A DNA stretch of 34,215 nt from Microcoleus sp. (GTDB lineage Bacteria; Cyanobacteriota; Cyanobacteriia; Cyanobacteriales; Microcoleaceae): NCBI GenBank assembly GCA_039922675.1, contig JBDTEI010000575.1, positions 1-34,215 on the forward strand, written 5' to 3'. Made by a program: the position numbers and the translations under genes. Under the pieces are notes generated by a model. The model was given only the letters and a program-made list of their open reading frames with translations, was not told where the DNA came from and did not search any database. Of this stretch, positions 1 to 9,349 are shown one piece after another. Numbering within the stretch: the first letter of the stretch is position 1; every line of letters begins with the position of its first letter.

Positions 1-724
1 AACTCAGCATTCCCACTTCCGGCAACTTGCCAGATTGCATCACTTTTAGTGCTAGCAAAAGCGCCATAATTGACAGCACCCACATGATCACAATAATCAC
101 TAAGGCAAAGAATTTCACCGGAATCGATCGAGTTGCAGAAACATCGATATAAATAAAGATAGACGAATTCTCTTCCATCGGCTTATAACTGATGTCGAAA
201 CCGGGAACATCGGCATGAAAATTAAATTCCAGCGGTACGGGATTCAGTTGAAAGGGAGCAAACTTTTTGCCAATCGAAGCCAGCGGATCGATGGAAATAG
301 CTACTTTAGCAATGTGGGTGTCAAAGGGATAATTGTTGATTTTGCCCTTGACTAAGTTAAACTTTAATGCAGGAACAATCATCGGTTTGCCTTCTTTAAA
401 GGTAATTTCTGAATCCTCTACATTGGCACCGTTAACTGTCATTAACAAATCTTGAGCCGGGTAAGTCGGCCCTTTTTTGTAAATACCTTTGAGTTCAAAC
501 TGCAAGCGAGTTTCTAATTCATTTTTAACGGGATCTACCCCAATTACCGTCATTTTGACCTCAACCAAGCCTTTCAAGGCTACAGTGCTTTCTGGATTTG
601 GTTTGTAAGGTTCTTGGGCATTAGCACTGTGAGAGTAAATAGATAAGATAATTGCAATAATTATGGTGAGGCTGCAAATTAAAATAAGTATTTTTTTGAG
701 ATAATTTTTGTTGGCAGTTTGCAT
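1..724 (-). CDS. DUF4436-like membrane protein, partial (3' end runs off the window)
   Basis: Not in the ORF track. Translated by hand from ATG at 724: MQTANKNYLKKILILICSLTIIIAIILSIYSHSANAQEP...VDPVKNEL...NNYPFDTHIAKVAISID...VSATRSIPVKFFALVIIVIMWVLSIMALLLAL..., open to position 2. It has an N-terminal TM/signal, a beta-rich domain with YPFD, then TM helices, as recalled for DUF4436. Confidence 0.7.
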   Translation of the reverse strand, partial: MQTANKNYLKKILILICSLTIIIAIILSIYSHSANAQEPYKPNPESTVALKGLVEVKMTVIGVDPVKNELETRLQFELKGIYKKGPTYPAQDLLMTVNGANVEDSEITFKEGKPMIVPALKFNLVKGKINNYPFDTHIAKVAISIDPLASIGKKFAPFQLNPVPLEFNFHADVPGFDISYKPMEENSSIFIYIDVSATRSIPVKFFALVIIVIMWVLSIMALLLALKVMQSGKLPEVGMLS

Positions 725-794
725 TAATTATGGATATTTGACAATTAAAATTTTTGTTAGCATTTCTACAGTTCATCCTTTACAAAAAAGTTTT

Positions 795-847
795 TTAGTG
801 AGGACTTTAGTCCTCTGACGGATGCGGATTTTAGTCCTCACTACAAA
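795..847. repeat. REP-like palindromic repeat (TAGTGAGGACT...AGTCCTCACTA)
   Basis: Inverted arms tagtgaggact / agtcctcacta with an internal aggactttagtcct palindrome. A half copy (gtagtaaggactttagtcct) lies at about 22279-22298. Confidence 0.7.
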
Positions 848-893
848 CCTTTTCGATCGCACTTTTAGTTCTATTTTGCATCGCTCACGGTTA

Positions 894-2390
894 CTACGAA
901 TCGATAGGAAGCAGTACAGTTGGTGTAAAACTTCCGTGCAAACCGTAGGGAATGTGCTGTTTTAAATGCAGTCGCGCTACGGGCCCTTTGGTGATATCGT
1001 GGGCATCTAGAATCGCTAAGGTCGATCGATGATTAGCCGCATCATACATCAAAACCAGCAGCCAGCCGTCATCCTCAGCAACAGCATCGGGACGGGGAAC
1101 AAACACTGGTTCCCCCGCAAAGCCGCGGGGCGCCACACTCCAAAGTTGCCTATCATCAGTCTGGAAATCTATTTTAAGAATAGCTTGCAAAGGAGCATTC
1201 CCAGTGGGAGAGTCAGCCGCGCCGATGTAAAGATATCGGTAAGGTTGTCCGACATTATTTGGATGCAAAGTCGGAAATTCGCAACACCGAGTTTCAATGA
1301 TTTGATGCTTGACAGTTTGCTCGTTCAAATTTAGCTGGAACCGCCACAATTCTCCGGCTGGAATGCTGTCAAAATCAAGCTCCAAAAAATCGCCGTCATG
1401 CTCGACAGTGGGAAATGATTCGTAGCAAACTGAATCTACAAAAACTTCGCCTGCTTCTTCCCAAGCGTTGCAGTGGTGGAATACAAAACAAGGTTCGGTT
1501 TCTAATATTTTCACCTCGTCAGTCCCGTTGCGGGGAATTAAAATTGCTTGGGTGGGCTTGTTTGGCGAAAATTGAATGCACTGGGCTGCACTCCGAAATC
1601 CTAACAGGAAAAGCAGGGGATTGAAGCTGACGGGATTTTGGAAAAATATGCAGTAATTCTCGGTAATTACCATGTCGTGCAGGAAGGCAAAACCCGGGAT
1701 TGCGTGGGCGTGTTTTTGTAAAAGTTTGCCGCTTTCGTCGAATTCGTAAATCGTGATTGTACTTGACAAACCGGGCTTGACGGAAAAGTTGATTAATCTG
1801 TCTCCGGCTCCATTTTGCCCTTTTTCAATTCTCGGGTGGGCGGCGAAGGCTTCACCGGGTTGTAAGATGCCGTCTAGGGTATCTAATCCGAGGGTTTCTA
1901 GGCTGCGGGGGTCGAGTCTGTAGGGCTGTGCTGCTTCCCAGAGTGCTAGCAGTTTGTCGCCCCAATAAATGATGTTGGTGTTGGCGATGTTTTTGATTTT
2001 GACATCAAAAATGTTGGCTAGCCAGCCTCCGGGTTTCTGTGTGCCGAATACGCCTCGGTGCAGGATTTTTCCTGATTTTTGTTCGGCGAGGTAGCCTTCG
2101 GTGCGCACGAATCGGTTGCGGAAGTGGGCGCGGCCTTCAGAAATTGCGATCGCACAAATCATCCCATCGCCGTCAAAGGGGTGGTGGATGCGCTGGCCAT
2201 TGACATCCAACAATCCGGGCCCGTTGCGAAAGAATGTGCCTTGCAAGCCTGCGGGGATTTCGCCTTCTATGTCGTCAATCCAGTAGTCGGCTTCGTTGGG
2301 TTGGGATTCGTAGCCGCGCTGCCAGTCTTTGCGATCGTATGATGGTTTTTGGGCGGCTGTTTCAGGTTGGGAAAGTTGTAAGTTTGGCAT
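894..2390 (-). CDS. Carotenoid oxygenase family protein (apocarotenoid oxygenase / RPE65-like)
   Basis: Motifs RNGPG, HPFDGDG, AHPR, FLHD, FVFHHCNA, EFP, EPVFVP, EDDGWL and PYGLHG; the four Fe-binding His are present. Confidence 0.95.
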   Translation of the reverse strand: MPNLQLSQPETAAQKPSYDRKDWQRGYESQPNEADYWIDDIEGEIPAGLQGTFFRNGPGLLDVNGQRIHHPFDGDGMICAIAISEGRAHFRNRFVRTEGYLAEQKSGKILHRGVFGTQKPGGWLANIFDVKIKNIANTNIIYWGDKLLALWEAAQPYRLDPRSLETLGLDTLDGILQPGEAFAAHPRIEKGQNGAGDRLINFSVKPGLSSTITIYEFDESGKLLQKHAHAIPGFAFLHDMVITENYCIFFQNPVSFNPLLFLLGFRSAAQCIQFSPNKPTQAILIPRNGTDEVKILETEPCFVFHHCNAWEEAGEVFVDSVCYESFPTVEHDGDFLELDFDSIPAGELWRFQLNLNEQTVKHQIIETRCCEFPTLHPNNVGQPYRYLYIGAADSPTGNAPLQAILKIDFQTDDRQLWSVAPRGFAGEPVFVPRPDAVAEDDGWLLVLMYDAANHRSTLAILDAHDITKGPVARLHLKQHIPYGLHGSFTPTVLLPIDS

Positions 2391-2456
2391 GGGTAAAGTT
2401 ACGGGAGCGAATTTTTTAACCGCTGATGGACGCAGGTAAACGCAGATGAATTGAGA

Positions 2457-3917
2457 TTAGCTGAGTTTGTTTTCTGCGGTGCGGCTTTTTGGTCTTACTG
2501 TCGGTACTAAGTCGGGAAAGTATTCGGGCATGAAATGCTGTCCACCTGGTTTGGCAGAACCAATTTCTGCTTCTAATACTGGGAGAGACTGTTGGTAGTT
2601 TGGATCGCCACTTTCTGTACTTTCTGCGGGCAACCAGTTTAAGAAGGGGAGGGGTAGCAGTGTGGACAGGTTGGTGATGACTATTAGTAGCCAGAGGTTG
2701 TCGAAATTGCGATCGGTAATTCCGAGCCAGTGAGTCAAAACAGCACCGCCTTCGTGGGAAATAAGTCCTGCTAAGTTGGTGACTGACATCAGCACTGCAA
2801 ATAAAGTTGCTTCGACGCCGGGAGGACACAATCGCGCCGAGAGTACCAGCACCGGCATATAAGCAATTTGTCCGATTACTGTCAGGATCAGGCTGTCTCC
2901 GATACTGAACCATTGGTCGTCAATTCCTAATGCTCGGTTGGCATGAGTTACTAATAATAATGTAGTCATGCCCAAGGCAGTCGCTATGACTGTTGACCAG
3001 CCAAAAATTACTCGAAATGGAATTGCTTTGAGGTAGCGCTGAAACAGCCAGATGCCTAGGAGGGCTGCCATGCTGGTAACGAGGCGCACTCTGCCGAGAA
3101 ATTCTGGTTGAAAGCCTAGTTCGTTGGTGGTGAAAAAGAAGAAGGCGGAGTCTGAGCTTGGGGTCGCTTGCCAGAGGAAGAGAAAGGCGGTGGGTAGCCA
3201 GATTGTTTTTTGGGTAACAGCTTGCCGCAATTGTTTTAGTTGGTCTTTGACTGTGGCAAAGTCGGTTGTTTTGTGGACTTTTTCTTCGGCAATTAACCAA
3301 GCTGTTGCTGATACGATTAGGGGGAAAGATGCGGTGATTAAAAATATGGTATGGGTGCTGAAGTGTTGCAGCAAAGAACCACTGAGGTAGGCGGTAATTA
3401 GTCCGCCGAGGGCTGATGCGCCCCAAGACAAAGATTGCAGGGAACCGGCATCGGTGACGGATTCTTTTCGGGCTCTTTCTACTACTAGGGAGTCGGCGAT
3501 TACGTCGCTGACTGCGAGGGAAAGGGAACTCAGGGCGATCGCCCCTGTAGCGCCCAGCGGCGTGTGTACAATTGTTGCGAGGGCGACCCATGCTGACGTT
3601 CCCAACAGCCCGGAGAGGACGATGTAAGGGCGCCTGCGGTAGCCGAATATTGGCAAGCCGTCGGACATGAAGCCGAACACGGGCTTGATAATCCAAGGTA
3701 GGGCGACAACGCCCAGCATTGCCGAGACTTCGGCGGGACTCATGCCGAGCTCGTCTTTGAGGAAGAAGCTGACGGCTAAGCGAGCTAGTCCAAGAATGCC
3801 TTGAACGAAGTAAATCAGTAAGATGGCTATGAGTTCCGGGGTTGGCTCATTCCCGAAGAATACTTTTTCTTTTAAAGATTCTTTGAGTTTGCTGAGGCCA
3901 GAGGGGGTAAGGAGCAT
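2457..3917 (-). CDS. Folate/biopterin family (FBT/BT1) MFS transporter
   Basis: Motifs YFVQG, LPWIIKPVFGFMSD, PIFGYRRRPY, DVIADSLVVE and CPPGVEATLFA; about 12 TM segments. Confidence 0.93.
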   Translation of the reverse strand: MLLTPSGLSKLKESLKEKVFFGNEPTPELIAILLIYFVQGILGLARLAVSFFLKDELGMSPAEVSAMLGVVALPWIIKPVFGFMSDGLPIFGYRRRPYIVLSGLLGTSAWVALATIVHTPLGATGAIALSSLSLAVSDVIADSLVVERARKESVTDAGSLQSLSWGASALGGLITAYLSGSLLQHFSTHTIFLITASFPLIVSATAWLIAEEKVHKTTDFATVKDQLKQLRQAVTQKTIWLPTAFLFLWQATPSSDSAFFFFTTNELGFQPEFLGRVRLVTSMAALLGIWLFQRYLKAIPFRVIFGWSTVIATALGMTTLLLVTHANRALGIDDQWFSIGDSLILTVIGQIAYMPVLVLSARLCPPGVEATLFAVLMSVTNLAGLISHEGGAVLTHWLGITDRNFDNLWLLIVITNLSTLLPLPFLNWLPAESTESGDPNYQQSLPVLEAEIGSAKPGGQHFMPEYFPDLVPTVRPKSRTAENKLS

Positions 3918-4065
3918 TTGAGCAATATTTCTTAATGAATCTCAATATTTATAACACATTCTTAATGAGTTGGGGTAACTGCCGGAGGTGGGATGCGAAA
4001 CTGGCGGGGAGCTGGCAGTGGCTATAAAATTGTGATTAGCTGAAAGTAAACTAAGTTTTGTGGCC

Positions 4066-4545
4066 ATGAAAGCAGAAATTAGAATTGTTGCTCTGGCAGC
4101 GGCTGAGATTTTAGGATTGGGGGGTAATTTAGCCTTAGCTTTACCTGTTGCTAACCAGCAAGGCGATTATCAGGTGCCACCTGCGAGACAGCGGGGAAAC
4201 AGGCAGGTGAATTGGTTGGTTGTTGACTCCGATCCTCAAGGGTTAAATTGCCGCATGGCTCAGCGATTTCGATCGATCTCTGTAGATGCTTTGGATGCGC
4301 CAGATGAGTTATTTGAAAGAAATAAACACAATGTTTCGCAGTGGCCTGTGGTGACGACTTTTCGGCGGGGAAAACGCTTGCAAGCGGTGACGGGAAATTT
4401 TGCTAATCAAATTATGATTGCTGATTCTCAGGGTAAACCTTGGTTGCCGATTTCAACGGATAAGGGTAATTGTTTTGTGCGGGCAAATAGTCGTTTTGTT
4501 AAGCCGATCCGGGAAAATCCTACTACTTTAAAACCTTTAGAATGA
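4066..4545 (+). CDS. Secreted hypothetical protein, possibly SH3b-like
   Basis: Signal-peptide-like N-terminus (MKAEIRIVALAAAEILGLGGNLALA). Contains WLVVDSDPQGLNCR ... GKPWL ... CFVRANSRFV. ATG at 4066 is preferred over GTG at 4060. Confidence 0.65.
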   Translation: MKAEIRIVALAAAEILGLGGNLALALPVANQQGDYQVPPARQRGNRQVNWLVVDSDPQGLNCRMAQRFRSISVDALDAPDELFERNKHNVSQWPVVTTFRRGKRLQAVTGNFANQIMIADSQGKPWLPISTDKGNCFVRANSRFVKPIRENPTTLKPLE

Positions 4546-4607
4546 CCGCCAATAACCACAGGGAAGATGCCTGTTAATACTGGCAAACGACAGGGTTTAA
4601 CTGCTTA

Positions 4608-4757
4608 TCAATCCATTAAACAAGCTCTCTCTACTAATGGCTCCATTTTTTCCCCTAGTTGAGCAATTACCAAAAAACTAATCAGAATTTCTCGGCTTTT
4701 GTTAGAACCGAATATATTCTTAAACGCAAAATCTATTTTAGGATTGATAAATCTCAT
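4608..4757 (-). pseudogene. N-terminal fragment of an Rpn family recombination-promoting nuclease / PD-(D/E)XK putative transposase
   Basis: Hand translation MRFINPKIDFAFKNIFGSNKSREILISFL followed by 20 unrelated residues and a stop (49 aa). The first 29 aa match the typical Rpn N-terminus (P..DFAFK.IFG......LISFL). Confidence 0.8.
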
Positions 4758-4803
4758 GGTTTTTCATGATACAGATTTTGTGACATATTAAAAACTATCA
4801 GAC

Positions 4804-5496
4804 TTAAGATTGACTACCTAACAGTTCCTCTGCTACCAATCCTTTCTGAATAGCGAGCACTGCTGCTTGAGTCCGATCGCGCACTTCCAACTTTTGCAAA
4901 ATCGCGTGAACGTGAACCCGCACAGTCCCCGGAGCAATGTACAATATTTGTGCAATCTCCTGATTGCTTTTTCCCCCCGCAACTAAAGCTAATATTTCCT
5001 GTTCCCGCTTCGTCAGTGGATTGTCTAAAACTTCCGATTTTCCCCCGACTTTCACAGGTTCGGGATTAGCAAAAACCGCCCGAATTTCCGCAGTTGCACC
5101 CTTATCCCACCAAGAAGCGCCCGACGCTACCGATCGAATTGCCAAAACCAAAGTTTCCGCCGCAATTCCCTTGAGACAATATCCGTGAGCTCCCGCAGCC
5201 ATCAACCTTTCAATTAACGATTTTTGGGAATGGGATGTTAAAATTAAAACGGGAATTTCTGGATGTCGCTGTTTAATTTGGCGGCACGCTTCAAGGCCAC
5301 CAATTCCCGGCAAACCTACATCCAAAACCACCACATCCGGCAAGTATTCCTGAGTCAATTCTACTGCTGTTTCGCCATCTTCCGCCTCGGCAATTATTTG
5401 CAAGCAACTTTCCTGCTGCAATCGGGTTTGCAGTCCCAGCCGAAACAATTCGTCGTCTTCAACTAGGAGAATTCGTAAGGGAGAATTAGGTTTCAT
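4804..5496 (-). CDS. NarL/FixJ (LuxR-type HTH) response regulator
   Basis: REC domain (LLVEDD, VVVLDVGLP, ILTS, YCLK) plus LuxR HTH (LTKREQEIL...GKSNQEIA...TVRVHV..ILQKLEVRDRTQA). Likely start is ATG 5496, overlapping the kinase stop. Confidence 0.95.
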   Translation of the reverse strand: MKPNSPLRILLVEDDELFRLGLQTRLQQESCLQIIAEAEDGETAVELTQEYLPDVVVLDVGLPGIGGLEACRQIKQRHPEIPVLILTSHSQKSLIERLMAAGAHGYCLKGIAAETLVLAIRSVASGASWWDKGATAEIRAVFANPEPVKVGGKSEVLDNPLTKREQEILALVAGGKSNQEIAQILYIAPGTVRVHVHAILQKLEVRDRTQAAVLAIQKGLVAEELLGSQS

Positions 5497-6592
5497 TGGC
5501 GGAGATGGCTGGTAGTCGGAATCCAAACAAAGCACCGTGGGGCAATTTGTTTTCTGCCCAAATTATACCGCCGTGCGCGTCAATAATTTGACGAGATAAG
5601 TATAACCCCAATCCCGATCCTTTAGCTTGCCGATCGCTATTTCCTTGATAAAAACGATCGAATAGGTGCGAAAGTTCTCCTGCGGTAATTCCCAACCCGC
5701 TATCGATCACTTTCACTATCTGATAATTTGAATGAGATGCCATCACAATTTCTACTTTGCCGCCTCGGGAAGAATGGTTGAGCGCGTTTGTTAGCAAATT
5801 AACAAAAACGCGCTGGAGTTGGACTACATCGCCGTTTACCCACAAAGAGCGACGGAAATCTGATTCTCCGTAACTCGTACTAATATAAACTCGGCGCGCC
5901 GCCGATAAATCTGCGAGTGTGGCGATTACCTCTGTTGCTAAAGCTGCTAAATTTACGGGCGCAAGTTGCAGTTTCAAACCTTCGGCATCGTTGCGGTAAA
6001 CATCCAGCAGCGTTTCTACTAATTGTAGTGACATTTTGTGCGATCGCGCCATTGTTTCGAGAACCTTTTGCTGACTGGGAGTGACATCGCCAAATTTGGC
6101 CGATTTAAAAGCTTTAATTGTTTCGATCGCCCCCAGCATCGGCGTTTTCAAGTCGTGAGTCAAAGTAGACACAAAATCCTCTCGGATGCTGGCTAGCTGC
6201 TCCTGCGACTGCAACTGAGCTTTGGCGATCGCGATCGCTTCTTGGTACTGCTGGTTGCGATCGCTCAAATATCCCGTCACTCCCAAAGCCATAACAGCGA
6301 TCAGTCTATTTGCAAGAGTTGCTAGGGCGATCGTTTCTCCAGGAGGAAAAAACAAATCTAACAGCGTCAAAGCCGCCGCTACCAGCGTAATTTGTAACTT
6401 ACCCAACCGACTCAATCGCGAATTTGCCAGTATAATCGGCCCCGTATAAAAGTATCCAAACAGATACTCCGACGGCGTGCTAAATTCCAGCGCGATCACA
6501 ATTGCAAACAAAATGGCGATCGACCATCTTCCTCGCAAATACTTCTCTTGAAGTAGTACATTTTTGGGGATTTTTAATAAGCTCTTAAACAT
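5486..6592 (-). CDS. Membrane sensor histidine kinase (about 4 short TM + HisKA + HATPase_c)
   Basis: H box LTHDLKTP, N box NLLTNA, G1 DSGLGI, F box LFDRFYQ, G2 GSGLGL. Four closely spaced hydrophobic segments in about residues 22-110. Confidence 0.95.
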   Translation of the reverse strand: MFKSLLKIPKNVLLQEKYLRGRWSIAILFAIVIALEFSTPSEYLFGYFYTGPIILANSRLSRLGKLQITLVAAALTLLDLFFPPGETIALATLANRLIAVMALGVTGYLSDRNQQYQEAIAIAKAQLQSQEQLASIREDFVSTLTHDLKTPMLGAIETIKAFKSAKFGDVTPSQQKVLETMARSHKMSLQLVETLLDVYRNDAEGLKLQLAPVNLAALATEVIATLADLSAARRVYISTSYGESDFRRSLWVNGDVVQLQRVFVNLLTNALNHSSRGGKVEIVMASHSNYQIVKVIDSGLGITAGELSHLFDRFYQGNSDRQAKGSGLGLYLSRQIIDAHGGIIWAENKLPHGALFGFRLPAISANET

Positions 6593-6641
6593 TCCTAATC
6601 AATCCATTTTAAAATGACCATTCCCGGACAGATTGACCATC

Positions 6642-6707
6642 AGAAACCGGGATTTTTTACCAAAAAACTAAATTCTAGCCATTAATTCCGCTAAAAAGCC
6701 GATTTCT
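6642..6707. repeat. Degenerate AGAAACCGGG... inverted-repeat element
   Basis: agaaaccgggattttt...aaaaagccgatttct; same family as the perfect copy at 11865-11928. Confidence 0.6.
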
Positions 6708-6774
6708 TGAGTCGGAGTGCGTAAATCCTGAAATATTCCGTACATTGTCCCCCAAAAAACAGCGTTTACAAAGC

Positions 6775-6837
6775 ATCTATACCTGCAAGTATAGATTTCA
6801 AACATCATCTAAACATTCGCCTATTAGTAAAAGTATA
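6775..6837. promoter_or_regulatory. Putative tandem operator (7-2-7 inverted repeats) in the HK/kdp divergent promoter region
   Basis: ATCTATAC-ctgcaa-GTATAGAT at 6775-6796 (core TATACCT-GC-AAGTATA). A second site, TATTAGT-AA-AAGTATA, lies at 6822-6837; the identical right half-sites are 44 bp apart. Confidence 0.5.
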
Positions 6838-6959
6838 TGGCAGACCAGCATAAATCCTAAACAGTAACTTATATCTTAAGACTAATTATCAAACACCTCA
6901 AACTTCTGTAGAGTAATCAATAAAAGTAAACCTAACCTTGCGGCCTACGGGAGTCGTTC

Positions 6960-7298
6960 ATGAGCTTTGTAGAACCAAAACTCATTCAAGTACCGATCCA
7001 ATTCAACAGCAGTTATTGCGGCATAGCACTAAGTGCCATACAATTGCCCGATAACTGCTATTGCTTGGGATTAACAAGAGAAAACCGATTAATTATAGCC
7101 AGCGAAATTCCAACAATTTTCTGCGGAGATCGTATCTTAGCAGTAGCAATTAATCGGGCGATAGGCTGTGAACTAGAAGCAACCTTAAAGAAAACTCACC
7201 CCGTTTTGTGGACTTCCTTCCGAAGCCATTTTCCGAGGAGTGAAGCGGATTTATTCAACAACGAGGATTTTTTAACTAAGTTATGCTGCAAGGATTAA
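6960..7298 (+). CDS. Stand-alone TrkA-C / RCK_C-like domain protein
   Basis: [55 protein letters not shown] fits the RCK_C pattern (S...G..L..l.lp...l.l.R.....i..GD.l.v). GGGAG lies upstream of the ATG, and the ORF overlaps the kdpA start by 16 nt. Confidence 0.7.
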   Translation: MSFVEPKLIQVPIQFNSSYCGIALSAIQLPDNCYCLGLTRENRLIIASEIPTIFCGDRILAVAINRAIGCELEATLKKTHPVLWTSFRSHFPRSEADLFNNEDFLTKLCCKD

Positions 7299-9247
7299 TT
7301 CAAATTGCATTAACGCTAATCATTTTAATAGCGATCGCCCCCGGATTGGGCAACTACATGGCGCGGGTGTACATGGGAGAACCAACCATCCTCGATCCCG
7401 CCATTAAACCAGTAGAACAACTCATCTATAAAGCAGGCAACATCCGTGTTGTAGATTCCATGACAGGCTGGCAATATGCGCGATCGCTATTATACAGCAA
7501 TCTAGCAATGGGCATATTTGTTTTCTTAATTTTCATGCTTCAGGGATTGCTGCCTTTAAATCCCACCGGCTTAGGTGCACCAACCTGGGATACCGCACTG
7601 CACACAACAATTTCATTCCTCACAAATACTGACCAACAGCATTACTCCGGCGAGACAACATATAGTTATCTATCCCAATTAACGCTTGGTTTTTTATTGT
7701 TTACCTCAGCCGCCACAGGTTTAGCAGTAGGAATTGCCTTTATTCGGGGACTTACCGGGCGCCCGTTAGGTAACTTTTACATCGATTTAATTCAATCAAT
7801 CACCCGCATTCTGCTGCCCCTTTCTTTGATAATTGGCTTATTTTTACTAATTTCAGGAGTACCGGAAACCCTAGCAGGGCCCCAAGTTGCTACCACATTA
7901 GAAGGCAGCACCCAAGTTATTGCCCGCGGCCCAGTCGCTCACTTTGAAAGTATCAAACAGCTAGGAGAAAACGGCGGCGGATTTTTCGGTGTTAACTCTG
8001 CTCACCCCTTAGAAAATCCCAACCCTTTTAGTAACCTGCTGGAAATCCTAGCAATGGTTTCAATCCCTGCGGCACTGATTCATACTTACGGGAGATTTGC
8101 CAACAATAAAAAACAGGGATGGCTAATTTTTTGGATGGTATTTATAATTTTTGTTGGCTTGATTGGCATTGCAGCAGTTGGCGAATACCAAGGAAATCCT
8201 CAAGTCAATAACTTACTGGGTTCCGTACAACCAAATTTAGAAGGAAAAGAAGTGAGGTTTGGCTGGGCAGAAACTGTACTTTGGGCGGTAACTACGACTG
8301 GCACAATGTGCGGGGCTGTGAACGGGATGCACGATTCTTTAATGCCTCCCGGCGGTTTTGCTACTCTGTTTAACTTGTTTCTACAAATCGTTTGGGGCGG
8401 ACAAGGAACCGGAACAGCTTACTTATTTATTTACCTAATTTTGAGCGTGTTTCTCACCGGACTGATGGTGGGGAGAACGCCAGAATTTCTGGGACGCAAA
8501 ATTGAAAAACTGGAAATAGTTTTAGCCAGTGTGGTTTTGTTAGTTCACCCGATCGCAGTTTTAATTCCCGGCGCCATTACCCTCGCCTTTAGCGACAGTT
8601 TGAGTGGCATCAGCAACCCTGGATTTCACGGCATCTCCCAGGTGATGTACGAATACGCTTCGGCGGCGGCTAACAACGGTTCTGGTTTTGAAGGGTTAGG
8701 AGATACTCAACCCGCACCAACAGCACTTTGGTGGAATTTAAGCACCTGTTTTAGTTTGCTGATGGGGCGCTACGTTCCCATTGTTGCGATGCTGTTGCTA
8801 GCTGACAGCATGACAAACAAACAACTGGTTCCCGAAACAACCGGAACACTCAGAACCGATTCCATTTTATTCACCGGCGTAACCGCAGGAGTAATCATAA
8901 TTCTGGGCGCGCTGACGTTTTTCCCAGTCCTAGCTTTGGGGCCAATTGCTGAAGGATACGAAATCAGCAGCGGCAAGTTTGAACCTGCGCCCGTAACTGC
9001 GCCGTCGCCGGAAGCAACGCCTTCGCCTGTGGGAACGCCATCGCCGGAAGCAACGCCATCGCCGGAAGCAACGCCATCGCCGTCTGCTGTAACCCCATCG
9101 CCTCTGGGAACGCCGACGCCTCTAGGAACGCCGACGCCTCTGGGAACCCCATCGCCTGTGGGAACCCCATCGCCTGTGGGAACCCCATCTCCAGGGGGAA
9201 CGCCATCGCCGTCTGCTGTAACACCGTCACCAAACAGCGGACAGTAG
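7283..9247 (+). CDS. kdpA: K+-transporting ATPase subunit A, with a C-terminal Pro/Thr/Ser repeat extension
   Basis: Filter motifs [32 protein letters not shown] and ANNGSGFEG; also [17 protein letters not shown] and GLMVGRTPE. Confidence 0.97.
   Translation: MLQGLIQIALTLIILIAIAPGLGNYMARVYMGEPTILDPAIKPVEQLIYKAGNIRVVDSMTGWQYARSLLYSNLAMGIFVFLIFMLQGLLPLNPTGLGAPTWDTALHTTISFLTNTDQQHYSGETTYSYLSQLTLGFLLFTSAATGLAVGIAFIRGLTGRPLGNFYIDLIQSITRILLPLSLIIGLFLLISGVPETLAGPQVATTLEGSTQVIARGPVAHFESIKQLGENGGGFFGVNSAHPLENPNPFSNLLEILAMVSIPAALIHTYGRFANNKKQGWLIFWMVFIIFVGLIGIAAVGEYQGNPQVNNLLGSVQPNLEGKEVRFGWAETVLWAVTTTGTMCGAVNGMHDSLMPPGGFATLFNLFLQIVWGGQGTGTAYLFIYLILSVFLTGLMVGRTPEFLGRKIEKLEIVLASVVLLVHPIAVLIPGAITLAFSDSLSGISNPGFHGISQVMYEYASAAANNGSGFEGLGDTQPAPTALWWNLSTCFSLLMGRYVPIVAMLLLADSMTNKQLVPETTGTLRTDSILFTGVTAGVIIILGALTFFPVLALGPIAEGYEISSGKFEPAPVTAPSPEATPSPVGTPSPEATPSPEATPSPSAVTPSPLGTPTPLGTPTPLGTPSPVGTPSPVGTPSPGGTPSPSAVTPSPNSGQ
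9002..9232 (+). repeat. In-frame 18/21-bp tandem repeat encoding P(S/T)PxxT units in kdpA
   Basis: 12 units ([25 protein letters not shown] and variants) plus PSP, 77 codons in total. Confidence 0.92.
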
Positions 9248-9300
9248 AGCATCGATAAGTGCGCTAACTCAGCAGAGAAAAAAGTTTTTCGATCCTGCAA

Positions 9301-9346
9301 AATCACCAATCCCAAATCTACAATCTAGAATCCCAAATCTAAAATC
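9301..9346 (+). repeat. Heptameric STRR array (AATCCCA/AATCTAN)
   Basis: aatcacc aatccca aatctac aatctag aatccca aatctaa aatc, between kdpA and kdpB. Confidence 0.8.
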
Positions 9347-9349
9347 GAT

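Noticed and set aside
2416-3696. Overlapping 165-aa and 258-aa ORFs
   Set aside because: They are alternate frames inside the FBT transporter, with Arg/Ser-rich non-protein-like composition.
6600-6960. c-di-AMP (ydaO) riboswitch upstream of kdp
   Set aside because: No recognisable ydaO consensus; the region is AT-rich. An Infernal search would settle it.
8770-9315. Antisense ORFs with GDGVP/AMGFP repeats (181 aa and 89 aa)
   Set aside because: They are shadow frames of the kdpA tandem repeat, with no independent evidence.
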